NCBI GenBank assembly: GCA_030637885.1
Contig: DAOWFS010000099.1
Span: 1-52,705 of the forward strand
From: Desulfobacterales bacterium
Lineage (GTDB): Bacteria; Desulfobacterota; Desulfobacteria; Desulfobacterales; Desulfobacteraceae
DNA: 52,705 bases
Direction of reading: 5' to 3'
In this document: in pieces, positions 38,220-48,923 of the stretch
Numbering within the stretch: position 1 is the stretch's first letter
How the letters are laid out: each line of letters opens with the position of its first letter
Translations under genes and position numbers: made by a program
Notes under the pieces: model-generated
Seen by the model: the letters and a program-made list of their open reading frames with translations, nothing else
Told to the model about the DNA's origin: nothing
Databases searched by the model: none

Positions 38220-41200
38220 ATGAGTCCTTCTTTGAAAATAGGAATTAAAAGATCTGTTTTTTACGGAATAGTCTTAATTCTTATTTTTATTTTATTATCT
38301 CCTTTTATAATTAATCAAATCATCAATAGGTCTTATATAAAAAATTATATATCTTCCTTTGTATATCAAAAAACCGGCACCCAAATTGATTCTTCTAAAT
38401 TTTACCTTACTTTCTTTCCACAACCGAGCCTTAAAATAGACAATTTCATTTTCAATCCTGATAATAGAATAAATATAAACATTGAATCTTTAAAATTTAA
38501 TATCGATATCCAAAAACTTTTGCGCGGCAAAATAAATATAGATCAAATAACGATTGATCACCCTACAATTACAACGAAGTTTCCAGGAAAAGATCAAACC
38601 ACATTACCGGCGGATTTCTCTGTTTTCAAATACACTGAAAAATTAAAAAAAATTTTTGCTTTTCTACCCGAACATCAGGATTCTGTCAGAATTAAGTTCG
38701 AGAATTTAACATCCCAATATTTTAGACGTATGGATGGTTCACTTTTTCTATCAAAAGAAAAAAAAGAGCTGATTTTAAATATAACAATAAAAGACCTGGC
38801 ATTCAAACCATCTAGTTTTTCCAACGCCTCTTTTGAAAAGTACCTTGATTTGGAATCCATTGAACTTGATCAGTTAAAAACTATTGTAAAGCTCGATTCA
38901 GAAGGTAAAATTCAGGGGCGATGCAGCCTTGTTGCTCCAAAGCTTAAAACCAAAAAAAATCATATACTCTTTGATTCAAACGATATTGAGTCCTCTTTTA
39001 AATTGTCTGATAATTTTTATCAAATTGATATAAAACCATTTAAAATAAATTATCCGGACGGCCTGGTTGAAATTCATTTTAAAGACAATCAGATCCAAAA
39101 AAACACAACAATACAATTTGTCGGTACCAATATTCATATAGACCAGGCAAGAAAAGCGTCGTTACTGTTATTCAAGGATAATGAGATCATAAAAAATCTT
39201 TTTCAAATTCTCCATAAAGGAGTTGCACCCAAAATAAATGTATCTTTTCAAAGTAAAAATCTTAAAGACCTTTTTAATGGGAACCATTTAACGCTTAAGG
39301 GAAATATTAAGGATGGTTTGGTACATATTCCCAAAACTAATTTAATTGCCACCCATATAGACGGGGATGCCCATATACATAATGGTGCTATTGATATTAA
39401 TACAAACAATGCAATGATTCAAAGTTCAAAAATTAAAAAAGGCGCTCTCACTATTGACCTTTTAAATCATATAGATGTCCCCTTTCAAGGTGAATTTTTA
39501 CTTGATATTGATCTTTCAATGATTCCGCAAACCTTAATTTCACTTTTACCGGATACTCTTCTGGCAAAGGAATTATCACTTGTTCATGATGTGAAAGGCC
39601 GCTCAAAAACCAAATTGAACCTTTCTTTAGAAACAAAATCTGATGACCTCAACGTTAAAATCAGCACAGATGATTTTAATGTTACGGGTAATTATGATCG
39701 TATCCCCGGTGATATTACCCTTAAAAATGTAAATTTTAACTATGAACCTGACATAGTACGTCTCAAACGTCTTAATGGCGTCATCACTAGCAGTTCGATT
39801 GATGATCTTAATCTAATACTTGATTTTAAGAATGATACTATAATTAATATTCAATCAGGTTCAGGTATGATTTATTTGGATTCAATGATGCCCTGGTTGA
39901 TGTCCTATGAAAAAATAAAAAAATTTATTTCACCTGTCAAAAATGGAAGCGGTAAAGTCCACATCACCTCAATTAATCTATCCGGGCCTATCTTAAAACC
40001 TGACCGGTGGGCATACGACATAAAAGGTACAGGAACCGGGGTTGACATTTCGACACATTTGAATCAAAAACAAATAGAAAACCTGTCCTGCCAATATCAT
40101 ATATCCAATGATTTTTTAAATTTGAAGAAAATTTACATGAAAACGAGTAAACTTTCGTGGCTGGAACCTTTCATCGAAAAAAAACATCTTGATAGTATTT
40201 TAGTCCCACTGAATATGGAAAACGGCAATTTAAGAATTAACACTAAGGATTCTTTTTTAAAGACGGGTCTTAAATTCAGTACAGGACCGAAACTCAATAT
40301 TGATCTGAAAGGGAAAACACTTGCATCATTAGTTTTAAGCTCAATAAAATTTCTTGACCAGGGCTTTTCAAATGCATCGATCTCATTCAACCACGCCAAG
40401 GATAAACCCCTGTTTGATTTTAATGGAATTTTAACCACTACAACATTAGAAAAGCTTGTTATTCCGAAAAGTTTCTGGGCAGAAAAAATTGATGGCCTTA
40501 CTGAAGGACAACCCGTATTAATTTATACGGATAAGGATTCTTCTTTAAATATCATTGCAAAAAAGGTAAACCTAAATTCACTTATTTCCAAATCCAAAGA
40601 ATTCTCTTTGGACAAGGGCCTGTTACCAAACAATATAATCAATTTTAAAACAGATGAACTTAAAATTAAAAAACTGACTCTTACAAATATAGACAGCAAA
40701 CTATCTTTTAAAAAAGACCATTCATATATCAGATTAAAAGAAGCTAATTTATGTGATTTAAAAACCAGCGGTTTTATCAACCTTAAAAAAAATATCGTTT
40801 ATGCAAATGTTCCTTTTGAAGCCAGCAACAAAGCCAATATCCAGGATCTATTAACTTGCCTTTTTCAAAAAAATGAACTGATGGATGGTCGGTATTCCCT
40901 GACATGTGATATCTTGTCCAACAGCACTAAAAAAAATTTTTTAAATGAATTTGCTGGCTCATTAACATTTACCGCTGAGGAAGGGCGGATTTATAAATTA
41001 ACTCTTCTTTCAAGAATTCTTTCTGTTTTAAATGTTTTAAAAGTTTTTAAAGGAAAAATTCCAGACGTGACGCAAGAAGGGTTTGCCTATAAAACAATTA
41101 CTTTGGAAGCGGATATCAAAGATAGTAAAATTTACCTTACCAAAGCAATAATTGACGGGCAGGATATGACACTTATATTCAATGGCTGGATTGATCCTGT

Positions 41201-41453
41201 AAATGATAAAATCAATTTAACTTGTCTTGTTGCCCCTTTTAAAACTGTTGATATAATTATTGAAAAAATACCCATTATAAATACACTTCTCGGAGGGCGT
41301 ATTGTATCTGTTCCTATCAAAGCGACCGGTAAACTTTCCGATCCGACAGTGATCCCTTTACACCCTTCAGCAGTTGGCAAAGGCCTTGTGAATATGATGT
41401 CCGATATTCTAAAAACTCCTGTTAAATTATGGGATAAAATATATGGCGAATGA
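38220..41453 (+). CDS. AsmA/YhdP-like envelope protein
   Basis: N-terminal TM anchor, long beta-rich body, and AsmA-like C-terminus (LSRILSVLN...IPIINTLLGG...GKLSDP.V). Confidence 0.8.
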   Translation: MSPSLKIGIKRSVFYGIVLILIFILLSPFIINQIINRSYIKNYISSFVYQKTGTQIDSSKFYLTFFPQPSLKIDNFIFNPDNRININIESLKFNIDIQKLLRGKINIDQITIDHPTITTKFPGKDQTTLPADFSVFKYTEKLKKIFAFLPEHQDSVRIKFENLTSQYFRRMDGSLFLSKEKKELILNITIKDLAFKPSSFSNASFEKYLDLESIELDQLKTIVKLDSEGKIQGRCSLVAPKLKTKKNHILFDSNDIESSFKLSDNFYQIDIKPFKINYPDGLVEIHFKDNQIQKNTTIQFVGTNIHIDQARKASLLLFKDNEIIKNLFQILHKGVAPKINVSFQSKNLKDLFNGNHLTLKGNIKDGLVHIPKTNLIATHIDGDAHIHNGAIDINTNNAMIQSSKIKKGALTIDLLNHIDVPFQGEFLLDIDLSMIPQTLISLLPDTLLAKELSLVHDVKGRSKTKLNLSLETKSDDLNVKISTDDFNVTGNYDRIPGDITLKNVNFNYEPDIVRLKRLNGVITSSSIDDLNLILDFKNDTIINIQSGSGMIYLDSMMPWLMSYEKIKKFISPVKNGSGKVHITSINLSGPILKPDRWAYDIKGTGTGVDISTHLNQKQIENLSCQYHISNDFLNLKKIYMKTSKLSWLEPFIEKKHLDSILVPLNMENGNLRINTKDSFLKTGLKFSTGPKLNIDLKGKTLASLVLSSIKFLDQGFSNASISFNHAKDKPLFDFNGILTTTTLEKLVIPKSFWAEKIDGLTEGQPVLIYTDKDSSLNIIAKKVNLNSLISKSKEFSLDKGLLPNNIINFKTDELKIKKLTLTNIDSKLSFKKDHSYIRLKEANLCDLKTSGFINLKKNIVYANVPFEASNKANIQDLLTCLFQKNELMDGRYSLTCDILSNSTKKNFLNEFAGSLTFTAEEGRIYKLTLLSRILSVLNVLKVFKGKIPDVTQEGFAYKTITLEADIKDSKIYLTKAIIDGQDMTLIFNGWIDPVNDKINLTCLVAPFKTVDIIIEKIPIINTLLGGRIVSVPIKATGKLSDPTVIPLHPSAVGKGLVNMMSDILKTPVKLWDKIYGE

Positions 41454-41913
41454 TAAGCAATCTATTAAACTGGCTTTGAATCTTGCATTAAAATACTTGT
41501 CATATCAACCAAGAACTGTTTATGAGGTAAAGGAATACATCAAAAATAAAGGGTTTGGTGAAAATATTATTGAAAAAATAATTGAAACTTTGCTGGAAAA
41601 AAACTATTTAAATGATACGAATTTCGCAAAAATATTTATAGAAAGCAAGGTGAGAAATAAACCAAAATCAAAATTTGCCTTTCAATATGAACTCCATAAA
41701 AAGGGAATTAATCCTTCAATAGTTGATGCTGTTTTAGAGCAATATAATAATCAAGACCTTGCTATTAAATCAGTAAGAAATAAAATCAAGATATGGCGAA
41801 AACTTGATGCTGAAAAATTTAAAAAAAAGATGATGAACTATTTGCAATATCGAGGGTTTAGTTATGATATCTGCTTGTCAACATTAGACCGTTTTAAAAA
41901 ATCAAAAGACTGA
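41443..41913 (+). CDS. recX: Regulatory protein RecX
   Basis: ALKYLSYQPRT..E, YLND..FA, EL.KKGI and YLQYRGFS. Confidence 0.9.
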   Translation: MANDKQSIKLALNLALKYLSYQPRTVYEVKEYIKNKGFGENIIEKIIETLLEKNYLNDTNFAKIFIESKVRNKPKSKFAFQYELHKKGINPSIVDAVLEQYNNQDLAIKSVRNKIKIWRKLDAEKFKKKMMNYLQYRGFSYDICLSTLDRFKKSKD

Positions 41914-41930
41914 AATAATAGAGGAATAAT

Positions 41931-42416
41931 ATGAAAATCAAATTTTTTGCAGTAGGCGGAACCATTGATAAAGTATACTTTGATGCCTTAAGCAAATATG
42001 AGATTGGAGAATCCAATATTGATGATATTTTAAAAAATGCAAAGGTTAATTTTGAATATAAGATTTCTTCCATATTGAAAAAAGATTCTCTTGATATGAG
42101 CGATCAAGATCGTTTAACCATCAAACAGGCCGTTGAAAACGAATCTTATGATAAAATAATCATAACTCACGGTACCGATACTATGATTGAAACAGCAAAA
42201 GTACTTGGTATGGTTCAACATAAGGTCATTGTTCTTACCGGTGCCATGGAGCCTGCAAAATTCAAATCCAGCGATGCCATTTTTAATTTAGGATCAGCAG
42301 TCGCTGCAGTTCAATCACTACCGCATGGTGTATACCTTGTTATTAGTGGCAGAATTTTCACACCTGACAATGTACAAAAAAACAGAAACAAAAAAATTTT
42401 TGAGGAAAAAATGTAA
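41931..42416 (+). CDS. Short asparaginase-domain protein (N-terminal catalytic domain only)
   Basis: GGTIDK, KDSLDM, THGTDTM and VLTGAM.P. Confidence 0.88.
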   Translation: MKIKFFAVGGTIDKVYFDALSKYEIGESNIDDILKNAKVNFEYKISSILKKDSLDMSDQDRLTIKQAVENESYDKIIITHGTDTMIETAKVLGMVQHKVIVLTGAMEPAKFKSSDAIFNLGSAVAAVQSLPHGVYLVISGRIFTPDNVQKNRNKKIFEEKM

Positions 42417-42620
42417 TCTTTTTAAGAAAAAAAATACCTAATTTTATAACTAATTTTTCCTTTAAATCGTCAAAAATTAGATAAAAGCTAATATTATTGT
42501 CTATCAATTGACGCCATTCCAATAAAATCTAAAAAATAAATTTGATATTCTTGATTTCCCACACCTGATATAATAGGCTTTCCATAAAACAGGTCATAAA
42601 AACAAATTGAGCTGGTTTAA

Positions 42621-42636
42621 TGGCATATTTTGTGCA
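42621..42636 (+). promoter_or_regulatory. Putative sigma54 -24/-12 promoter of the PilZ gene
   Basis: TGGCATATTTTGTGCA gives GG-N10-GC, about 65 bp upstream of ATG 42701. Confidence 0.55.
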
Positions 42637-42700
42637 TCTTTTAGGCCTAAGTCTAACTGGATTTTGAGAAAAATGAATTTGGATAAAGGGAAAAACGTTC

Positions 42701-43117
42701 ATGGTTGGTAGAAAAAGAACCGTTGAGAGACGAAAAAACAAGCGATATAAAGCTGTAGAAGGGGCCTACGCTGCTATAAGTCCGAATTCTCACAAACTTG
42801 GACAAATAATTGATATAAGCATGGGCGGTCTTGCATTCAAATATATTGATACAAGTACCGATGATACAGAGAGCGAAGGACTTCCGGAAGAAACAGTCTT
42901 TTTAAGCAGTATGGGATACTATGTAGGTGATCTTCCTTTTAAAACCATTTCAGATTATGAAGTCACAAATGCGCCCTCATTCAGCTCAATGAAGGTTAGA
43001 AAACGACATGTACAATTTGCTGACTTAAGTTTTAAACAGCTTTTTGATCTGGATTATTACCTTAGAAATAATGTTTCCGAACAAATGGAAAAGCTTCCTA
43101 AACAATACAAAGCCTAA
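42701..43117 (+). CDS. Stand-alone PilZ domain protein
   Basis: ERRKNKR (RxxxR) and DISMGG (DxSxxG). Confidence 0.9.
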   Translation: MVGRKRTVERRKNKRYKAVEGAYAAISPNSHKLGQIIDISMGGLAFKYIDTSTDDTESEGLPEETVFLSSMGYYVGDLPFKTISDYEVTNAPSFSSMKVRKRHVQFADLSFKQLFDLDYYLRNNVSEQMEKLPKQYKA

Positions 43118-43182
43118 TCAAAACAACATCCTTTTATCTTTTGATTTTCTGCTGAATTTGCAGAAGAATTAAAATGAGTCTT

Positions 43183-46020
43183 TTAATCCCTGCCACTTTT
43201 CGTTTTTATTATAATCAAAGCACTTTTATCAATATCCAAATACTTTTTTGATAGCAATAATAAATCATTGTTCGTGATGGTATTGTACCCATCAAGCATA
43301 TTATTGGCCCAGTCAAATTTTTGTGGATAATCAGAAGAGTTGGCCATAACAGAGTTCAACCAATAACCATTGGTCTTTCGAAGTACCTTTAGATGATTTA
43401 GAACAGATTTTAAGGCAAAATCTGTCTCTTTTTTTGAAATACCCTTTAAGGTTAAGGAATAAATAATCTCTTTAATTTTATTGTAAACAAATTTTACTTT
43501 TTCAGGTTTTACATTGACAACTACATGCATTATTCCATAGCCATCAAAGCTCATGGAAGGATCATTATATGCATAAGAAGAATATGTTTCACTTAGCTCT
43601 TCTCTTATGATAAGTCTGAGCCTTTCCGACAATACTCTTGATAATATGGCAAGGCTGCGGGTTTGCATGATATCCCAAAAATCATCGGTTGGAAACGCTA
43701 TATGAATAACACCCGTATCAATTTTTGTGTCTATTTTAAGTTCAAGCTGCTCACCATTTGGAAAATAAATTTTCCCTGGATTAATCATTTTTTTTGGAAA
43801 ACTCTGTCTTTCTTTAAAAGCTCCCATATATCTGGAAGCAAGGCTGATCATATTTTCAAAATCAAAGTCTCCAACTATGGATATTTCAATTGGTGAATTT
43901 TGAAAATAGGGAATCAACCAATGCTTAATATCATTTAAGGAATAACGGTTAATCGTCTCAGGCTCAGGTAAACCAAATCTGGTATCGTTTTTGGCAAGGA
44001 AAGAATCTCCTTTTATCTGCATGATACCTTCCGGTTTCCGCATAAGACCGTCATATTGCTGTTTATAACGGATTTTTGCAAGATTCAAAGCTTGAATTCT
44101 GAATCCCGGATCATTAAAATAATGATATATTAGTTGAAAAATAAGTTCAGCTTCTTTTGGATCGCCAGAGCCTGTAAAAGAAAAATAATTCTCATTTATC
44201 CCAAACCCGATATTAACCTTTTTTCCGGCCAGGGCTTCTTCCAATTGATCAGAGTCAAGATTAGCAAGTCCGCTTTGCCTGATAACACTTTCACTGATAA
44301 TGGCTAACCCGGGCTTTTTTACCTGCTCAGACTTTTTGCCTTGTCCAAAACAAACTTTAAATTTGATTTCATTCTTTTTAAAATCCGTCTTTTTTAGATT
44401 CAAACGAATATTATTATGAAATTCAATCCTTGTAATATCAAGACCTTTGATATTATCTTCTCTTGAACTTATTTTGGCTTTTGAAGAAGGCAATTCAATG
44501 TAAGGAAAATTTTTTAATTCAAATCCTTCATGCGTGTTTACCTTTCCCATGAGGCTTTTTTGATAGGTATCCAGAATTGTCCTTTCAGGTTCTTGGGTAT
44601 CAAGATCAGCATTACCCGTTACCAGTATAAGCCTGTGGCCTTGAGACCAGGCTTCTTTCAGGGCCTCGTGGGCCTCCTTTAATGAAATCGTTTCAATATA
44701 TGGTACTAAAAGATCCTGTCTTTGTTTTGCCGATAAAAGCAATCCTTTTCGATTGATGGCAGTTAATATTTTTTGCGACAAATCCGGACTTTTTTGTGAT
44801 CCTGCCAAATTTTGCTGCCTTTCAAGTGAAGAAATGAAATCAGCCTTAACTCTATCCAGTTCATTTTTGGTGAATCCGAATAGAATCCCCTGTCTCAAGA
44901 CATTTTCGATTTGTTGAAGAGCCTTTTTCCATTTATCCGGTTCACAGGTAGCACTAATGGCAGACAATGAGATATGGTGCAAAAATGACCCCGAAAAAAT
45001 TGAGCTGCCTGAAAAATCGACTGTCTGTTTGCTTACCATTCTTGATAACCGATTTTGCAATATTGAATTTGCAATATAGTTTAAGGTTCTTTTTTTAATA
45101 ATATCCAAAGTTTGTGCTTCAAACGGTTTCCAGGCAATGGTCTCTATTGTGATATCAGTGGAACCTGCCTCTGGCTCATAATGATAAAAGGCTTTTGTAC
45201 CAAAATGTTCTTTCCATTTAACCGATAAAGGATTACTCACAAAAAAAGCGCGGGGTTTCAGCTTGGAAAATCTTTTAATTATCATTGCCTGGACCATGTT
45301 GACATCAAAGTCGCCAACAACAATCAAAGCCATATTATCAGGGCGGTACCATTTATCATAATAAGATTTTAATAAATTACGATCGGCTTTTTTTATAACA
45401 CTGTCAATCCCAATGGGAAATCTTTGGTTAAAAAGTGAACCCGGAAGTTCAAATTCCAGTGATTTTTTAAAGGTCCTGTAAGATACCGAGTCTCTCTGTC
45501 TTTTTTCAGATAGAATGATTCCTCGTTCACGGCCGACTTCACTTTCAAGAAGGAGTGCACCCTTTGCATAATCCTGGATAACAACAAAGGCTTCATCCAT
45601 GTGCTTCTGATCTGCCTTTGGCAAAGAAAGATCATAAATTGTATTAAAAAATGAGGTGTGGGCATTGGCATCTGAACCAAAGTCCATGCCAATGGATTGA
45701 AAATATTGAATTAATTCTCCAGGTTTAAAATGCTCAGAGCCATTAAACAGCAGGTGTTCCAGATAATGAGCAACGCCTTGTTGTTCATCTGTCTCATGCA
45801 TTGAGCCCGCAAAAACATTAAGATGAACATTAACCCTGTCCTCGGGTATGGAATTGGCCTTGAGGATATATTGAAATCCATTGGGAAGGACTCCGCAAAC
45901 AATATCAGGATCAATTTGAACACCATTATTGGATTGAACAATCAGATGTTTAGGTGCACATGAAAATATGAATAAAAATCCTAAAATCGCAATTTTAAAA
46001 ATAATAGAATTCTTATTCAT
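43183..46020 (-). CDS. M16 family zinc peptidase (PqqL-like) lipoprotein
   Basis: AHYLEHLLFNG (HxxEH), NAHTSF, RFPIG, WYRPDNM, and lipobox-like IFSC. Confidence 0.92.
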   Translation of the reverse strand: MNKNSIIFKIAILGFLFIFSCAPKHLIVQSNNGVQIDPDIVCGVLPNGFQYILKANSIPEDRVNVHLNVFAGSMHETDEQQGVAHYLEHLLFNGSEHFKPGELIQYFQSIGMDFGSDANAHTSFFNTIYDLSLPKADQKHMDEAFVVIQDYAKGALLLESEVGRERGIILSEKRQRDSVSYRTFKKSLEFELPGSLFNQRFPIGIDSVIKKADRNLLKSYYDKWYRPDNMALIVVGDFDVNMVQAMIIKRFSKLKPRAFFVSNPLSVKWKEHFGTKAFYHYEPEAGSTDITIETIAWKPFEAQTLDIIKKRTLNYIANSILQNRLSRMVSKQTVDFSGSSIFSGSFLHHISLSAISATCEPDKWKKALQQIENVLRQGILFGFTKNELDRVKADFISSLERQQNLAGSQKSPDLSQKILTAINRKGLLLSAKQRQDLLVPYIETISLKEAHEALKEAWSQGHRLILVTGNADLDTQEPERTILDTYQKSLMGKVNTHEGFELKNFPYIELPSSKAKISSREDNIKGLDITRIEFHNNIRLNLKKTDFKKNEIKFKVCFGQGKKSEQVKKPGLAIISESVIRQSGLANLDSDQLEEALAGKKVNIGFGINENYFSFTGSGDPKEAELIFQLIYHYFNDPGFRIQALNLAKIRYKQQYDGLMRKPEGIMQIKGDSFLAKNDTRFGLPEPETINRYSLNDIKHWLIPYFQNSPIEISIVGDFDFENMISLASRYMGAFKERQSFPKKMINPGKIYFPNGEQLELKIDTKIDTGVIHIAFPTDDFWDIMQTRSLAILSRVLSERLRLIIREELSETYSSYAYNDPSMSFDGYGIMHVVVNVKPEKVKFVYNKIKEIIYSLTLKGISKKETDFALKSVLNHLKVLRKTNGYWLNSVMANSSDYPQKFDWANNMLDGYNTITNNDLLLLSKKYLDIDKSALIIIKTKSGRD

Positions 46021-46028
46021 ATGAAACC

Positions 46029-47921
46029 CTAATTCAAAATTTCAGGATCATAATTGATTTTACTATGTTTTTTTAATTCATTGATCCATGCCTGATAAGC
46101 TTGTGCCTGTTTTCTCCAGCCAATCTCATTTTTGATATTTTTAAGATTTTGGGTAATTTCTGATTCTTCAGGGAGCATTTTTTCTTTAAACCCTATAATA
46201 TAAAAGCCGGCTTGCGTTTCAATTATTTCAGGATGAATTTTATTATTTTCGTTTAACGAAAAACTTGCCTGGATAAATTCCGGAGAATTTCCCACACCTT
46301 CAATATTTCCATTTCGAGTGAATAATTTTGTTGATTTGAGTTTTAGCTGATCTTCTCCGGCCAGTTGATCCAGTGTTTTATCATCAACAGCTTTTGTTAT
46401 ATAAATTTGTGCATCTTCTTTTGCCCGTTTCTTTTGAAGAATTTCCGCAAGTTCTTTCACTAACCTGTCTTTAACAAGATCAAGAGCCTGTACAACCGGT
46501 TCAATTTTTTCAACTATTTTGATCAAATAATAGGTATTATCGAATTGTTTTACATCACTGATATCATCCAAAGAAAGCTCAAAAGCAGCTCTTGCAAATC
46601 CAGTATTGTCTGCGATATCAATCCCTTCACCATTAATGCTGAATTCCTTGGTTTTAACAATTTTTTTATTGGCAATGAGTGCTATCTGTTCAAAATCATC
46701 TCCGTCAATCACTGCATCAAATGCTTCACCTGCTTTATCATAGGCAAAGTTCTGCGTTTCTATTTGTTCAAGTTCTTTTTTTATTTTTTCTGAAACCTGG
46801 GGCAAAGTTTGTGTGGAAGCATCAAATTTAGCCATAACGTTAATTATATGCCAGCCAAACCTTGTTCTCACAGGTTTACTGATTTCTTCAGGCTTCATGG
46901 AAAATGCCTTGTCTGCAAAAGGTTTTACCATGGCTTTTTGTTCAAATACACCCAGATACCCTCCAGCGTCTTTTGAAGGGCCTTGAGAATATTGTTTTGC
47001 AAGCTTCTCAAAATCCTCGCCTTTAACAGCCAGTTCATAAATTTCCAATGCCTTTTTTTGAGCTTCCTTGACTTTTTCTTCTTCTGCATTTTCATTTACT
47101 TTAATCAGAATGTGTCTGGCTTCGACCTTTTGAGGGATTTTAAATTGTTCCGGATGTTCTTGGTAATAATCTTTGATGTTGCCTACACTGACACTTACTT
47201 TATCTTGATAATCTTCAGGAGAAAACTTTAAATACAATGCCTTGATTTTAGGTTCGGATTTATATTTCTCTTTATTTTCCGAATAAAATTTTTTGATCTG
47301 TTCTTCATCAGGACGAATATCTGGATAATCATTAGGGTTAAATAACCGATAATCAACTGCTGTTTTTGTATTTTGAAATAAGTACCAGTTTCTCGCTTCA
47401 AGATCTGATACATTAACCGCACTTAAAATTAAATTTCTAACTTTTCCCTGTTTTAAGGAATTAATTTGGCTTTGTTCAAAAACTTCAGAAGTAAGAGAGT
47501 TCAAACTTAACACTTTTTTATATTGATCTAAATTAAATATTCCATCTCTCTGAAAGGCTTTGATTGAAAGCAGACTTTCCTGAAGTTCTTTCTCAGAAAC
47601 ATTAATTTCCAGTTTGGCGGCTTCAGTTAAAATAAGTTTTTGTTCAATTATTGCATCAAGCGCCTGTTGCTTTACATTGAGTGCTTTTAAGATATCATCA
47701 TTTAAATCTTCCCCGAATCGTGCCCGCATTTGATCAATAATCGTCTTATAGGCCTGCTGATATTCCTTTATGGTAATGGGTTCATCATTAATCGTTGCAA
47801 TTGAATTGTTCTTTTTGGATCCAAACGATCCTACACCGAGAAACACAAATACGATAACAATAATCCCAAGAAAAATTTTAATAATCCAGTTCCCGGTATT
47901 TTCACGCAAGTAACGCAGCAT
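46029..47921 (-). CDS. ppiD: PpiD-like periplasmic chaperone (SurA_N plus parvulin)
   Basis: N-terminal TM, ARHILI, F..LAKQYS, GGYLG and TRFGWHII. ATG 47921 with AAGGAG RBS. Confidence 0.88.
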   Translation of the reverse strand: MLRYLRENTGNWIIKIFLGIIVIVFVFLGVGSFGSKKNNSIATINDEPITIKEYQQAYKTIIDQMRARFGEDLNDDILKALNVKQQALDAIIEQKLILTEAAKLEINVSEKELQESLLSIKAFQRDGIFNLDQYKKVLSLNSLTSEVFEQSQINSLKQGKVRNLILSAVNVSDLEARNWYLFQNTKTAVDYRLFNPNDYPDIRPDEEQIKKFYSENKEKYKSEPKIKALYLKFSPEDYQDKVSVSVGNIKDYYQEHPEQFKIPQKVEARHILIKVNENAEEEKVKEAQKKALEIYELAVKGEDFEKLAKQYSQGPSKDAGGYLGVFEQKAMVKPFADKAFSMKPEEISKPVRTRFGWHIINVMAKFDASTQTLPQVSEKIKKELEQIETQNFAYDKAGEAFDAVIDGDDFEQIALIANKKIVKTKEFSINGEGIDIADNTGFARAAFELSLDDISDVKQFDNTYYLIKIVEKIEPVVQALDLVKDRLVKELAEILQKKRAKEDAQIYITKAVDDKTLDQLAGEDQLKLKSTKLFTRNGNIEGVGNSPEFIQASFSLNENNKIHPEIIETQAGFYIIGFKEKMLPEESEITQNLKNIKNEIGWRKQAQAYQAWINELKKHSKINYDPEILN

Positions 47922-48118
47922 CACTTTCTCCTTAACTCTCCTGTAAAATAAAAATAGTATGATTAACCAAAACCAATTATACAAACGTAGCATACTATCT
48001 TGTCATAAAACCCTGTGTCAATATTTTATTCATTCAAAAGATAACTTTAATGATTTTACAAGCAATTTTTTGTTGACACAACAGGTTCAATCTATTATTT
48101 AAGTAGTGCTTTTACCGT

Positions 48119-48194
48119 GGGGCTGTAGCTCAGCTGGGAGAGCGTACGGCTGGCAGCCGTAAGGTCAGGGGTTCGATCCCCCTCAGCTCCACCA
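48119..48194 (+). tRNA. tRNA-Ala(GGC)
   Basis: 76-nt cloverleaf with GGGGCTG/CAGCTCC acceptor (G3:U70), anticodon arm TACGG-CTGGCAG-CCGTA, GTTCGA T-loop and encoded CCA. Confidence 0.98.
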
Positions 48195-48260
48195 CTTTTT
48201 TTGCCAAATAATCTATAGACCTTCAAAATAATCGACGTTTATATTGCCTTTGTAAAAATT

Positions 48261-48923
48261 TTAAAAAAAGTCTTCGATGGAAAATAAAAAATGCATTAAA
48301 GGTGTTAAAAATGCGGTGGTGATATCCTGAAATTCAGCTCCAACGGAAAGCTGGCCCTTCTCTCTTCTAACATTTCTAACACATGCCATGACACCGACTT
48401 CATCGGAAACTCCCGGAAACTGGCAGTAAACTCTTAAAATATCGCCATCTCTCAAAGAAGCTATATTACTTTTATTGTTCTGATAAATAAAACTGCAGCC
48501 ATTTTTGCTGATATCATTCACAAGCACGGGAAATTCAGTCTTTTTTGCTTCAACCCTGCCTGGAATTATAACATTATTTCGTTTAATAATTCTCAGTTCC
48601 CTTTCCTGAACTATCTTAGGGTATTCAATTGCAAGGGCTCTAATGGGATTGGTGATCAATTCTATAACACTGCTTTGGAATGCATATACAGAACCGTCAT
48701 GTAAATATTTGACAACCATTCTATTACCGGGAAACAATTTGTTTTTAACACTTTTATATCTTTTCGGAAGTGTAACGATCATGAATTCATCTTTAAGCAT
48801 ACCAATAAATATACTTGTGACTGAAAAATTAACCCCTTCTATTTCAAGGTAAACTTTAGTGCCAATATCAATATAAATGCCTTCGGTTTTATTAAGCTCT
48901 AAAATCCCTTCTATTTCCTCCAT
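48261..48923 (-). CDS. YcgR/flagellar-brake-like PilZ protein
   Basis: N-terminal YcgR-like domain (G.VYAFQS.V), RIIKR and DISKNG. Confidence 0.85.
   Translation of the reverse strand: MEEIEGILELNKTEGIYIDIGTKVYLEIEGVNFSVTSIFIGMLKDEFMIVTLPKRYKSVKNKLFPGNRMVVKYLHDGSVYAFQSSVIELITNPIRALAIEYPKIVQERELRIIKRNNVIIPGRVEAKKTEFPVLVNDISKNGCSFIYQNNKSNIASLRDGDILRVYCQFPGVSDEVGVMACVRNVRREKGQLSVGAEFQDITTAFLTPLMHFLFSIEDFF

Noticed and set aside
48119-48260. tRNA-Ala as a second integration site; C32-G38 pair in the anticodon loop
   Set aside because: No integrase or duplicated 3' end nearby. A complementary 32-38 pair is a known trait of tRNA-Ala(GGC).
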